Below are positions 51,451 through 60,140 of a stretch of 64,000 nt of DNA, in pieces (position 1 is the stretch's first letter; each line of letters opens with the position of its first letter). The notes under the pieces were generated by a model. The model ran no database searches and was not told the DNA's origin. It was given only the letters and a program-made list of their open reading frames with translations. The position numbers and the translations under genes were made by a program. The stretch lies in assembly GCA_963664825.1 (NCBI GenBank), contig OY761614.1, positions 2,528,001 to 2,592,000 on the forward strand. The letters run 5' to 3'. The DNA comes from an uncultured Holophaga sp. (GTDB lineage: Bacteria > Acidobacteriota > Holophagae > Holophagales > Holophagaceae).

Positions 51451-53364
51451 CTACTTCAGGAAAATCCAGAGGAGCGCGAGCGTTCCCAGGGTCATGACCA
51501 GGGTGTAGTTGCGAACCCTGCCGGTCTGGAAGAGGGCCACGCCATCCCCTGCCAGGCCCGTCAGGGCGCTGGGCAGGTTCACGCCGATGCCATCGATGAG
51601 GATCACGTCAAAGCCCCTCCAGAGCAGGTTGCCCAATCCCCGGAGGGGGCGCAGGAGGATGCATTCGATGGCTTCATCGACATAGTAGTTGTGCGCGACC
51701 CAGCGGTGCAGCCTGGGCCACTTCAGGGCCCGGACCTCCGCCAGGGCCAGACCATCCCTGTAGCTGAAGAAGCCCCAGAGCCCCGCGGCGATGGATAGCC
51801 CCGTGGAGATCAGCGCCAGGAGGATGGCGGGGCCTTCCTGAATGACATGGGCCCCAGGGGCCTGCCCGTAGGTGAGGCTGGGGGCCAGGAAACGCCCGAT
51901 GGCGAAGTGGCCGCCGAAGGCTTCGGGCACGCCCCACCACCCGGCGCAGAGGCTCCCCAGGGCCAGCACCGTCAGGGGAAGGGCCATGGTCCAGGGGCTT
52001 TCGTGGACGGGGCCGTGCCCGGCGGGCTCGCTTTGCTCACCCCTCGGCTCACCCCAGAAGGTGAGCGCCATGAGCCGCCACATGTAGAAGCTGGTGAGGC
52101 AGGCGCCGAGGAGACCCATGGCCCAGAGGACGGGGCTCTTGAGGTAGGCGAGGTAGAGGATCTCGTCCTTGCTGAAGAAGCCCGAGAAGCCCGGGAAGCC
52201 CATGATGGCCAGCGTCGCGATGAGCATGGTCCAGAAGGTGATGGGCAGCTTGGTCCTCAGGCCCCCCATTTTGAAGAGATCTTGTTCATGAATGGCGTGG
52301 ATCACGCTGCCGGCGCCCAGGAAGAGCAGGGCCTTGAACCAGGCGTGGGTGAAGACGTGGAAGAAGCCCGCGGCAAATCCGGCGGCGCCGAGACCCAGGA
52401 ACATGTAGCCCAGCTGGGAGATGGTGGAATAGGCCAGGACCTTCTTGATATCCCGCTGGCAGAGGCCGAGGGTGGCTGCGAAGAGGGCCGTGGCGCCGCC
52501 CACCCAGGCGATGGTGGTGAGCGTGATGGGCGCCAGATGATAGAGGGGCGCCAGCCTACACACCAGGAAGATGCCGGCCGTGACCATGGTGGCGGCGTGG
52601 ATGAGGGCGCTCACCGGCGTGGGGCCCGCCATGGCGTCCGGCAGCCAAACATAGAGGGGCAGCTGGGCGCTCTTGCCCGTGGCCCCGAGGAACATCATCA
52701 GGGTGGCGAAGGTGATCACGCCGAAGCCCGCCTCGGGGCTCAGGTGGCCGGACTTCACCAGGATCTCCCCCACGGTGAGCGTGCCGAAATGGGCGAAGAG
52801 GGCCATCATGCCGATGATCATGCCCAGGTCGCCCACGCGATTGGCGAGGAAGGCCTTGAGGCCCGCCCGGGGCGCTTCTTCGGTTTCGAAGTAGAAGCCG
52901 ATGAGTAGGTAGCTGCAGAGCCCCACCCCCTCCCAGCCCACGAAGAGCAGGGGCAGGCTGGAACCCAATACCAGCGTGAGCATGAAGAAGACAAAGAGAT
53001 TGAGGTAGGCGAAGTACCGCGCGAAGCCTTCCTCCTCCCACATGTAGCCCACGGAGTAGAGATGGATGAGTGCGCTGATGCCTGTGACCAGCAGGGCCAT
53101 GAGGCCCGATAGGGGATCGAAGACCAGCCCCATGGGCACGTGCAGGGTGCCCGTGGACATCCACTGGAAGAGCGTGAATTCGATGCGTGTTCCGGGCGCG
53201 GCCCTCATGGCCGAAAAAGCCACGAGTGCTAAGGCAAAGGAGGCGAGCACCGTGCCCACCCCCAGGATGGAGACGCCCCACTTGCCGAGGCGCCGACCCA
53301 GGAGGCCGATGAGGGCGGCACCGAAGAGCGGAAGGAGCGGGATGAGCCAGAAGTGCGTATGCAT
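51451..53364 (-). CDS. nuoL: NADH-quinone oxidoreductase subunit L
   Basis: GWEGVG, GKSAQLPL..WLPDAMAGPTPVSALIHAATMV. Confidence 0.95.
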   Translation of the reverse strand: MHTHFWLIPLLPLFGAALIGLLGRRLGKWGVSILGVGTVLASFALALVAFSAMRAAPGTRIEFTLFQWMSTGTLHVPMGLVFDPLSGLMALLVTGISALIHLYSVGYMWEEEGFARYFAYLNLFVFFMLTLVLGSSLPLLFVGWEGVGLCSYLLIGFYFETEEAPRAGLKAFLANRVGDLGMIIGMMALFAHFGTLTVGEILVKSGHLSPEAGFGVITFATLMMFLGATGKSAQLPLYVWLPDAMAGPTPVSALIHAATMVTAGIFLVCRLAPLYHLAPITLTTIAWVGGATALFAATLGLCQRDIKKVLAYSTISQLGYMFLGLGAAGFAAGFFHVFTHAWFKALLFLGAGSVIHAIHEQDLFKMGGLRTKLPITFWTMLIATLAIMGFPGFSGFFSKDEILYLAYLKSPVLWAMGLLGACLTSFYMWRLMALTFWGEPRGEQSEPAGHGPVHESPWTMALPLTVLALGSLCAGWWGVPEAFGGHFAIGRFLAPSLTYGQAPGAHVIQEGPAILLALISTGLSIAAGLWGFFSYRDGLALAEVRALKWPRLHRWVAHNYYVDEAIECILLRPLRGLGNLLWRGFDVILIDGIGVNLPSALTGLAGDGVALFQTGRVRNYTLVMTLGTLALLWIFLK

Positions 53365-53371
53365 CAGGTCC

Positions 53372-53698
53372 TCACTGCTTCAACGTATCGGCGCGATCGG
53401 AATCCGTGGTCTGCTTGTGCCGGAAGAGAGCCACCACGAGGGCCAGCCCCACGGCGGCCTCGCAGGCCGCCACCGCGAGGATGAAGAGGTAGAAGGTCGT
53501 GCCCTGCACATCGCCTCCCCGGTAGCGCGCGAAGGCCAGGAGCGCCAGGTTGGCCGCATTCAGCATCAGTTCGATGCCCATGAACTGCATGAGCAGGCTG
53601 CGCCGGATCAGCACCGTGGCCAGGCCGATGATGAAGAGCAGGAACGCCAGGAAGATGTAGGCCTGGAGGCTGCCGTGGAGAAGGGCTTGGGTCGGCAT
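53372..53698 (-). CDS. nuoK: NADH-quinone oxidoreductase subunit K
   Basis: IELMLNAAN, AACEAAVGL. Confidence 0.92.
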   Translation of the reverse strand: MPTQALLHGSLQAYIFLAFLLFIIGLATVLIRRSLLMQFMGIELMLNAANLALLAFARYRGGDVQGTTFYLFILAVAACEAAVGLALVVALFRHKQTTDSDRADTLKQ

Positions 53699-53700
53699 GA

Positions 53701-54186
53701 TCAGATCTCCCGCTTCACGAGGCTGACGGCGGCGATCATGGCGGCCAGGAGCAGCAGGCCCGTGATCTCGAAGGCCAGGAGGTGTTCCTTGAACAGGAAG
53801 GCGCCCAGGCGCTGGAGGGTCATGGGATCGACCTTCGCATCGGGCATGGAGGCGAGTATTGGCGAATGCTTCACCAGGCCGAAGGCCCCCGCACCCAGCA
53901 CGGCCAAGGTCAGGGCCGAGCCCCAGCGCTGGATGTGTCGGGGCCTTGAAGCGGGCTCTTCCTCGTGGCTATTGAGCAGCATGATGACGAAGAGCACCAG
54001 CACCAGGATGGCTCCGGAATAGACGATGATCTGCAGCGCGGCGGCCACGGGATTGGCCAGGAGGAGGAAGAGTCCGGCCATGCCGATGAAGCAGAGCACG
54101 AGGCTGAGCCCGGCCATGATCAGGTTCCTCAGGCGGAACATGAGCAGGGCGCCCAGCAGGGAGATGAGGGCGAAGGCTAGGAACAT
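53701..54186 (-). CDS. nuoJ: NADH-quinone oxidoreductase subunit J
   Basis: QIIVYSGAILVLVLFVIMLL, FE..LLL. Confidence 0.9.
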   Translation of the reverse strand: MFLAFALISLLGALLMFRLRNLIMAGLSLVLCFIGMAGLFLLLANPVAAALQIIVYSGAILVLVLFVIMLLNSHEEEPASRPRHIQRWGSALTLAVLGAGAFGLVKHSPILASMPDAKVDPMTLQRLGAFLFKEHLLAFEITGLLLLAAMIAAVSLVKREI

Positions 54187-54740
54187 GGGCCCTCCTGGGA
54201 CGCGCATTCCGTGGGATCAGAGGTGATATGCGCCTTGTCATCCGCATCGGCGTAGGTGTTCATCAGGTCCCACTTTCCAAATTGCATGGAGAGCCGGTCG
54301 TAGGCGGCCAGTTCAAAGTCCTTGCGGAGCCAGATGGCGTCCTTGGGGCAGGCCTCCTCGCAGTAGCCGCAGTAGATGCAGCGCAGCATATCGATCTTGA
54401 AGACCCGGGGCCGCTTCTCCTGGAAGCCCTGGGTGAGGTCGAGTTCGGAAAATCCCTCGGCTTCGATGGTGATGCAGCGGGCGGGGCAGGCCTCGGCGCA
54501 GAGGAAACAGGCCACGCACTTGATGGCGCCATCCTCGAAGCGCTTGAGCTCGTGGAGCCCCCGGTAGCCCTCGGGCATTTCCTTTTTCATGTCCGGATAC
54601 TGGATGGTGAAGCGGTCCTTGGTGCGCGTTGTGATCTGGCGCAGGAAGTGGCGCATGGTGATGACCATCCCCTTGAGGATGGGCCAGACATAGGTGCGGT
54701 CCAGCCAGGAGAGCTCGACCTGCTTGATGACAGTGGCCAT
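54177..54740 (-). CDS. nuoI: NADH-quinone oxidoreductase subunit I
   Basis: TIQYP; CVACFLC..ACP; RCIYCGYCEEACP. Confidence 0.92.
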   Translation of the reverse strand: MATVIKQVELSWLDRTYVWPILKGMVITMRHFLRQITTRTKDRFTIQYPDMKKEMPEGYRGLHELKRFEDGAIKCVACFLCAEACPARCITIEAEGFSELDLTQGFQEKRPRVFKIDMLRCIYCGYCEEACPKDAIWLRKDFELAAYDRLSMQFGKWDLMNTYADADDKAHITSDPTECASQEGPCS

Positions 54741-54743
54741 GGA

Positions 54744-55796
54744 TCAACCCCGGCGATACATCAGGTAAGCGTGAAGGAGGAAGTTCGCCATGGAGAGGGG
54801 CAGCATCACCTTCCAACCCAGCTTCATCAGCTGGTCGTACCGGAAGCGGGGCAGGGTCCAGCGCACCCAGATGAAGACCCAGCAGAAGAAGAGGGTCTTA
54901 CAGAGGAAGGCGATGACCGAAAGGATCGGGCCAGGATCAGGCACGAAGGGGATCCGCCAACCGCCGAAGTAGAGGGTGACGATGAGCGCAGATGCGGTCA
55001 CGAGATGGATGTAGTCGCCCAGGTACATCAGGGCGAATTTCATGGAACCGAATTCCGTGAGATAGCCCGCCACGATCTCGGCTTCGCCCTCGGCGAAATC
55101 GAAGGGCAGGCGGTGGGTCTCCGCGAACATGCAGGCGCAGAAGACGATGCAGCCCAGGGCCTGGGGCAGCACGTTCCACATGCCATGCTGGGCCTGGATG
55201 ATTTCGTGGGGATCGTAGCCCCCGGTGGTCATGAACACCGCGATCACCGCCAGGCTCATGCCCAGTTCGTAGCTCACCATCTGGGCGCTGGCGCGCATGC
55301 CGCCCAGGATGGCCCACTTGTTGTTGCTGCTCCAGCCTGCGACCAGCACGCCGTAGACGGAGGTGGCGCCGATGGCCATGGGGTAGAGCATGCCCATGCC
55401 GTTGCCGGGGTCCAGCAGGCTCAAGTGGTAGGTGTGGCCTCCGGACTGGAAGCTCTGGCCGAAGGGGATGATGGCGAAACCGAGGGCCGCCGGAAGGAAG
55501 GCCAGGATGGGCGCCAGCCAGAAGAGCACCCGGTTGCAGTGGGGCGGGACCTGGTCCTCCTTGAGGAAGGCCTTGAGGCCGTCGGCGACGATCTGGGGGA
55601 GGCCGATCAGCCGCCACTTTCCAAAAAGGGCGGCGCGATTGGGGCCGATGCGGTCCTGGATCATGGCGCTCCCCCGGCGCTCTGCCCAGGTGAGCAGGGC
55701 GGCCAGTGTCAGGGGACCGGCGAAGACAAGGAGCACCTTCACCAGCATCCAGAGCGTTTCAGGCGTCACGTGCAGCATGGCAGAAAGCGTGTCCAT
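54744..55796 (-). CDS. nuoH: NADH-quinone oxidoreductase subunit H
   Basis: QDRIGPNR, RASAQMVSYE, RLPFD, LPRFRYDQL. Confidence 0.93.
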   Translation of the reverse strand: MDTLSAMLHVTPETLWMLVKVLLVFAGPLTLAALLTWAERRGSAMIQDRIGPNRAALFGKWRLIGLPQIVADGLKAFLKEDQVPPHCNRVLFWLAPILAFLPAALGFAIIPFGQSFQSGGHTYHLSLLDPGNGMGMLYPMAIGATSVYGVLVAGWSSNNKWAILGGMRASAQMVSYELGMSLAVIAVFMTTGGYDPHEIIQAQHGMWNVLPQALGCIVFCACMFAETHRLPFDFAEGEAEIVAGYLTEFGSMKFALMYLGDYIHLVTASALIVTLYFGGWRIPFVPDPGPILSVIAFLCKTLFFCWVFIWVRWTLPRFRYDQLMKLGWKVMLPLSMANFLLHAYLMYRRG

Positions 55797-55948
55797 CTTT
55801 AGAATCCGGGCGGGCCCCAAGGTGGAACCCGACTTGAGAAAGGTAGCAGGCGCCGTCAACGGGGCCAAGGACGGGGAATGAAGCCCGATATTGAACCTCG
55901 CGCTTCCCGGGCCCATCCAATACTCTGGAAGCTGGCTTCGGGGGGAGG

Positions 55949-56914
55949 TTGCGCATGATGGCAGTGGGACAAAGGTTGATGCTCCTGGTGCTCCTCCTCA
56001 CCCTAGGAAGGGCCGAGGTCTATGGCGGCACGACTCCGCTATCACCTGCCAAGCTGCACCTCCAGTCCTCCGTGGCCCTGGTCCAGGATCAGGCCACAGG
56101 CGAATGCTTGGTCTCCAAGCAGCCCGAGGCCGTCATGCCCATCGCCTCGATCACCAAGCTCATGACAGCCATGGTCATCCTGGACGCTCGCCTGGATCTC
56201 CACGAGGTCCTCACCATCGAACAGGGGGATGTGGACCAGCTCCGCCACAGCCGCTCGCGCCTACCCGTCCATACCCAGCTCATGCGCGGAGAGGCGCTGA
56301 TGCTGGCCCTCATGGCCTCCGAGAACCGGGCCGCTCATGCTTTGGGCCGCACCTTCCCTGGCGGGCTGGTGCCCTTCGTCCAGGCCATGAATGCCAAGGC
56401 CAAGGCCCTGGGGCTTCGGGAGAGCCGCTTCGAGGATCCGGCGGGGCTCTCCGGTGGCAACGTGGCCTCCGCCAGGGACCTGGCCCGTCTGGTGGATGCC
56501 GCCCATCACTATCCCCAGATCCGCGATTTCACCACCCGGGACGAGGCCAGCATCCCCAATGGCCGCCGCCCGCTCCAGTTCATCAACACCAATGCCCTGG
56601 TGCGGGGCCATCGCTGGGAGATCGGACTCTCCAAGACCGGCTACATCGAAGAGGCCGGTCGCTGCCTAGTCATGCAGGCCAAGGTCGCCGAGCGGCCCAT
56701 GCTCATCGTGCTGCTGGATTCCAATGGCAAGTACACCCGCCTGGGGGACGCCCAGCGCATCAAGCAGTGGATGGAAGGCTCCGAGCCCATTGCCAGACCC
56801 AGGCTGAAGGCCAGGGCTCAGGTCAGGGTGAGGGCCAGGGCCAGGGTCGGACTGAAGCCCAGGGCTGGACTGAAGGCCCGGGTGAAGGCCAAACATCCGA
56901 GACGGCGGCGCTGA
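55949..56914 (+). CDS. D-alanyl-D-alanine endopeptidase (peptidase S11, PbpG-like)
   Basis: IASITK, SEN, KTG motifs. Confidence 0.88.
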   Translation: MRMMAVGQRLMLLVLLLTLGRAEVYGGTTPLSPAKLHLQSSVALVQDQATGECLVSKQPEAVMPIASITKLMTAMVILDARLDLHEVLTIEQGDVDQLRHSRSRLPVHTQLMRGEALMLALMASENRAAHALGRTFPGGLVPFVQAMNAKAKALGLRESRFEDPAGLSGGNVASARDLARLVDAAHHYPQIRDFTTRDEASIPNGRRPLQFINTNALVRGHRWEIGLSKTGYIEEAGRCLVMQAKVAERPMLIVLLDSNGKYTRLGDAQRIKQWMEGSEPIARPRLKARAQVRVRARARVGLKPRAGLKARVKAKHPRRRR

Positions 56915-57952
56915 TCAGGCCCTGACGGCCCAGCGCAGCTTGGCGCTGGAGGAACGGGGATTGGAACGGCGTTCTTCCATGCTGGGGCGCTGGGGTTCCT
57001 CGGCGATGCGGGCGTAGAGCCCTTCTCGCATTCCGGCCTGGAAGGCCTTCTTCACCCGGCGGTCCTCGCCGGAATGGAAGGTGAGGATGGCCACGCGGGC
57101 GCCGGGCTTCAGACATCGGGGCAAGAGGGACAGGAACTGATCCAGCACGCCGAATTCGTCGTTGACCGCGATGCGCAGGGCCTGGAACACGCGCTGCAGG
57201 GTCTTGCGGAGTTCCTGTTCCCGGGTGGCTTCCGGGAAGACGCCCTTCAGGGCTTGGCGCACCTGGTGGGCGAGTTGCCGCGTGGTGGCGGCAGGCGCTG
57301 CTTTCAGGGCCCGGGCGAGGGCCTCGGCATAGGGTTCGTCCGAATGGGTGAAGAGCAGTTCGGCCAGTTCCGGCTCCGGGAGCTTGGCGAGCAGGGCCGA
57401 GGCGGGCTGGCCGCGCTGGGGGTTGAGGCGCAGATCGAGGGGGCCTTCGGCCTTGAAGGTGAAACCCCGAGCCGGGTTATCGATCTGCATGGAGGAGACG
57501 CCCAGATCCGCCAGCACGAAATCCAGCTCACCCCCCACCTCTGGCAGGAGGCCCGGCAGGCCCGCAAAATTCATGCGGCGGATGATCAGTTCCTCCGGGC
57601 CGAAGCCCAGGGCCCGCAGGCGAGCCTCGGTGCGAGGTAGTTCCAGGGGATCTACATCGATGCCGAAGAGGCGGCCCCCGGGCCTGAGGCGGGGGAGGAT
57701 CTCCTGGGCATGGCCGCCGAAGCCCAGGGTGGCGTCCAGGCCCACCTCGCCGGGTTGGGGAGCGACGATCTCCAGGATCTCCCGCACGCAGATGGGTCGG
57801 TGCGTCCCCGCGGGCGTGTGGCCCCGTTCGCAGACCTTCACCCGCTCCTGGGCCTGGAATTGGGGATCCAGCTCCTTGTATTTCTCTTGAAAGCCCCTCG
57901 GATGGGTCCCCTTGTAGCGGATTCGGCGCTTATGCTCGGTTTCATCGTTCAT
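56915..57952 (-). CDS. rsmH: 16S rRNA m4C1402 methyltransferase (RsmH family)
   Basis: DATLGFGGH, DLGVSSMQ, FQALRI, FHSGED, NPRSSSAKLR. Confidence 0.88.
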   Translation of the reverse strand: MNDETEHKRRIRYKGTHPRGFQEKYKELDPQFQAQERVKVCERGHTPAGTHRPICVREILEIVAPQPGEVGLDATLGFGGHAQEILPRLRPGGRLFGIDVDPLELPRTEARLRALGFGPEELIIRRMNFAGLPGLLPEVGGELDFVLADLGVSSMQIDNPARGFTFKAEGPLDLRLNPQRGQPASALLAKLPEPELAELLFTHSDEPYAEALARALKAAPAATTRQLAHQVRQALKGVFPEATREQELRKTLQRVFQALRIAVNDEFGVLDQFLSLLPRCLKPGARVAILTFHSGEDRRVKKAFQAGMREGLYARIAEEPQRPSMEERRSNPRSSSAKLRWAVRA

Positions 57953-58151
57953 GAGGCGGATTCCAGGGCCTTGGGCTATTCCTCGGCGGGGCAGGTCCAG
58001 GAATATCACGGACGGTTGCCCCGGCGCGAATGGGGGCCTCTTGGGTGGCCAGGCCTTATCCGGGATCGCGTGGCAGGGGGCCTGAATTTGAATTGAAATC
58101 GCCCTGTCTTCCGTCCATCCTCTGAATCCCAGCACTGCCAGCGGAGGTCTT

Positions 58152-58370
58152 ATGACACCTCAGATGATCATCCTGCTCTTCTGGGTCGTCCTGATCATCG
58201 TGATTTGGCGCGTGTTCCGTTCGAGATTTTTCCGTAGCGCCTGCGATGACCTCAACGCCATGCATGACGCACCCGAGAACAAGGGCAGAGCCCACAAATT
58301 CGAAGCCTACATGGCGAATCCGAACTATCAACTCACCGAGGATCGGAAAAGAAAAGGCCTCAGGGAATAA
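58152..58370 (+). CDS. Small membrane protein
   Basis: 72 aa; GGAGG RBS; N-terminal TM segment. Confidence 0.6.
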   Translation: MTPQMIILLFWVVLIIVIWRVFRSRFFRSACDDLNAMHDAPENKGRAHKFEAYMANPNYQLTEDRKRKGLRE

Positions 58371-58483
58371 GCGGAATCCTCAGAACCCGTGAGGGGCTCG
58401 CCTGCTGGAGGCTGCAAAGGGCCTGTCCCATGCCATGCCCGTGAACGCTTGATCTGCCCGGAGATGTCCGCCATTCTTGGGGC

Positions 58484-60115
58484 ATGCATCTGGAACGCCT
58501 GGAAATCGTGAACTTCCGCGGCATCGCGCGGCTTCGCCTGGAACTGGAACCGGATGCCACGGTGCTATTCGGGGAGAATGCCTGGGGGAAGACGAGTCTG
58601 GTGGAAGCGCTCCAGAGCACCCTGGGGGCCCGTCCCCTCACGGAAGAGGACTTCCATCGCCTGGCCAATGACCGGAGCACCATTGCCAAGCACATGAGCA
58701 TCACACTGGGCTTTCGCGGTGAACCGCCCCTGGAGCTGGAAGAAGCCGGATGGCGGGACGAGGCCAGGGACTTCCATCTGGCGCTCCAGTGGGCGGGCCG
58801 GCGTCTGGATCGGGGCCGGGCCCGGGTGCGGCGCCTCTTCCTGGGGCCCGAGGGGAAGGAACGGGTCCTTCCGGGGGGGGACGGGACCCCGCTGGTGGAC
58901 CGTTTCCTGAAGGACCATCCCCTGTACGTATTCCGGGAACTCCGCCTGGCCGATGGAATGCTGGCGCCTGCCCTGGCCCCGGATCTGGAGATGCACGAGG
59001 ATCCCGAAAAGGCCGTGGGCCGTGTCTTCGAGCGCCTCCTCTCGGTGCCTCACCAGGTGCATCCAGGGGAACTGGCCCGGGGACTCGAAGCGCTCAGACG
59101 TGTGGCGGAGCGCCGCCCGGAGCTCTTCCAGGCCCTCCTTCCCGCGGGAGCTCCCGGCTTTCGCCGGGCCACCGATATCGCAGAAATGCCCCTGGGGGTG
59201 CAGGACGGGAGATCCCTGGCGGACCTAGCCCAGCACGCCGGGTCGGGCATGAGGCAGGTAGCCCTCCTGGCGCTGATGGGGGCCATGCTCCAGGCGGAGG
59301 CCGCGGCGCCCCGCCGGGCGGGCTCTCAGCCCCTCCTGGTGCTGGAGGATCCCGAGACGCACCTGCATCCGATCCAGCTGGCCACCGCCTGGAATCTCGT
59401 CTCCCAGTTCCCCGTGCAAAAGCTGGTCAGCACCGCCAACGGGGCCCTCATGGCGGGAGTGCCCCTGCGCTCCCTGCGCCGCCTCGTGCGCCGCAGCAGC
59501 GATACAGCGGTATTCCCGGACCCTGAGGCATTCGCCATGGGCCCCACCGAGATCCGCCGGGTGGCCTTCCATGTGCGCACCCATAACGCCGATAGCCTCT
59601 TCGCCCGAGTGTGGCTCCTGGTGGAAGGGGAGACCGAGGCCTGGCTCCTGCCCGAACTGGCGCGGGTCTGGGGCCTCAATTTCCCCCTGGAGGGCATCCA
59701 CTGCGTGCCCTTCGCCCAGGCGGGCCTCGCCCCCCTCATCGCCTTCGCCGACCGCTTCGGCATTCCCTGGCACCTCATCGCCGATGGCGACGAGGCCGGT
59801 CGTCACTACATCGCCAAGGCACGCAGGCTCCTCCATCGCCGGGCGGAATCCAAGCACCTCACGGCCTTTCCGGACCGGGACCTGGAGCATTTCCTGTGGC
59901 GATCGGGCTATGAACCGGTCTACCGGCAAGCCGCGGGCCACGTGGCCCCCGGAGCCGATATGTCGGCGGTGATCCACCAGGCCCTGCGGGCTTCCTCTAA
60001 GCCTGGAATGGCCCTGGAAGTGGCCGAAGCGGCTGGCGCCAAGGGCCCCCAGGGCATCCCGCCCCTGCTGGGAAGGCTCTTCACGACCCTGCAGGACCAG
60101 GCCAAGAGGGCCTGA
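58484..60115 (+). CDS. OLD-family ATP-dependent endonuclease (YbjD/DUF2813-like, ABC ATPase + TOPRIM)
   Basis: GENAWGKTS, LEDPETHLHP, LVEGETE, DGD. Confidence 0.85.
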   Translation: MHLERLEIVNFRGIARLRLELEPDATVLFGENAWGKTSLVEALQSTLGARPLTEEDFHRLANDRSTIAKHMSITLGFRGEPPLELEEAGWRDEARDFHLALQWAGRRLDRGRARVRRLFLGPEGKERVLPGGDGTPLVDRFLKDHPLYVFRELRLADGMLAPALAPDLEMHEDPEKAVGRVFERLLSVPHQVHPGELARGLEALRRVAERRPELFQALLPAGAPGFRRATDIAEMPLGVQDGRSLADLAQHAGSGMRQVALLALMGAMLQAEAAAPRRAGSQPLLVLEDPETHLHPIQLATAWNLVSQFPVQKLVSTANGALMAGVPLRSLRRLVRRSSDTAVFPDPEAFAMGPTEIRRVAFHVRTHNADSLFARVWLLVEGETEAWLLPELARVWGLNFPLEGIHCVPFAQAGLAPLIAFADRFGIPWHLIADGDEAGRHYIAKARRLLHRRAESKHLTAFPDRDLEHFLWRSGYEPVYRQAAGHVAPGADMSAVIHQALRASSKPGMALEVAEAAGAKGPQGIPPLLGRLFTTLQDQAKRA

Positions 60116-60140
60116 AAACGCCCCAGGAGCTTGTTCGAGG

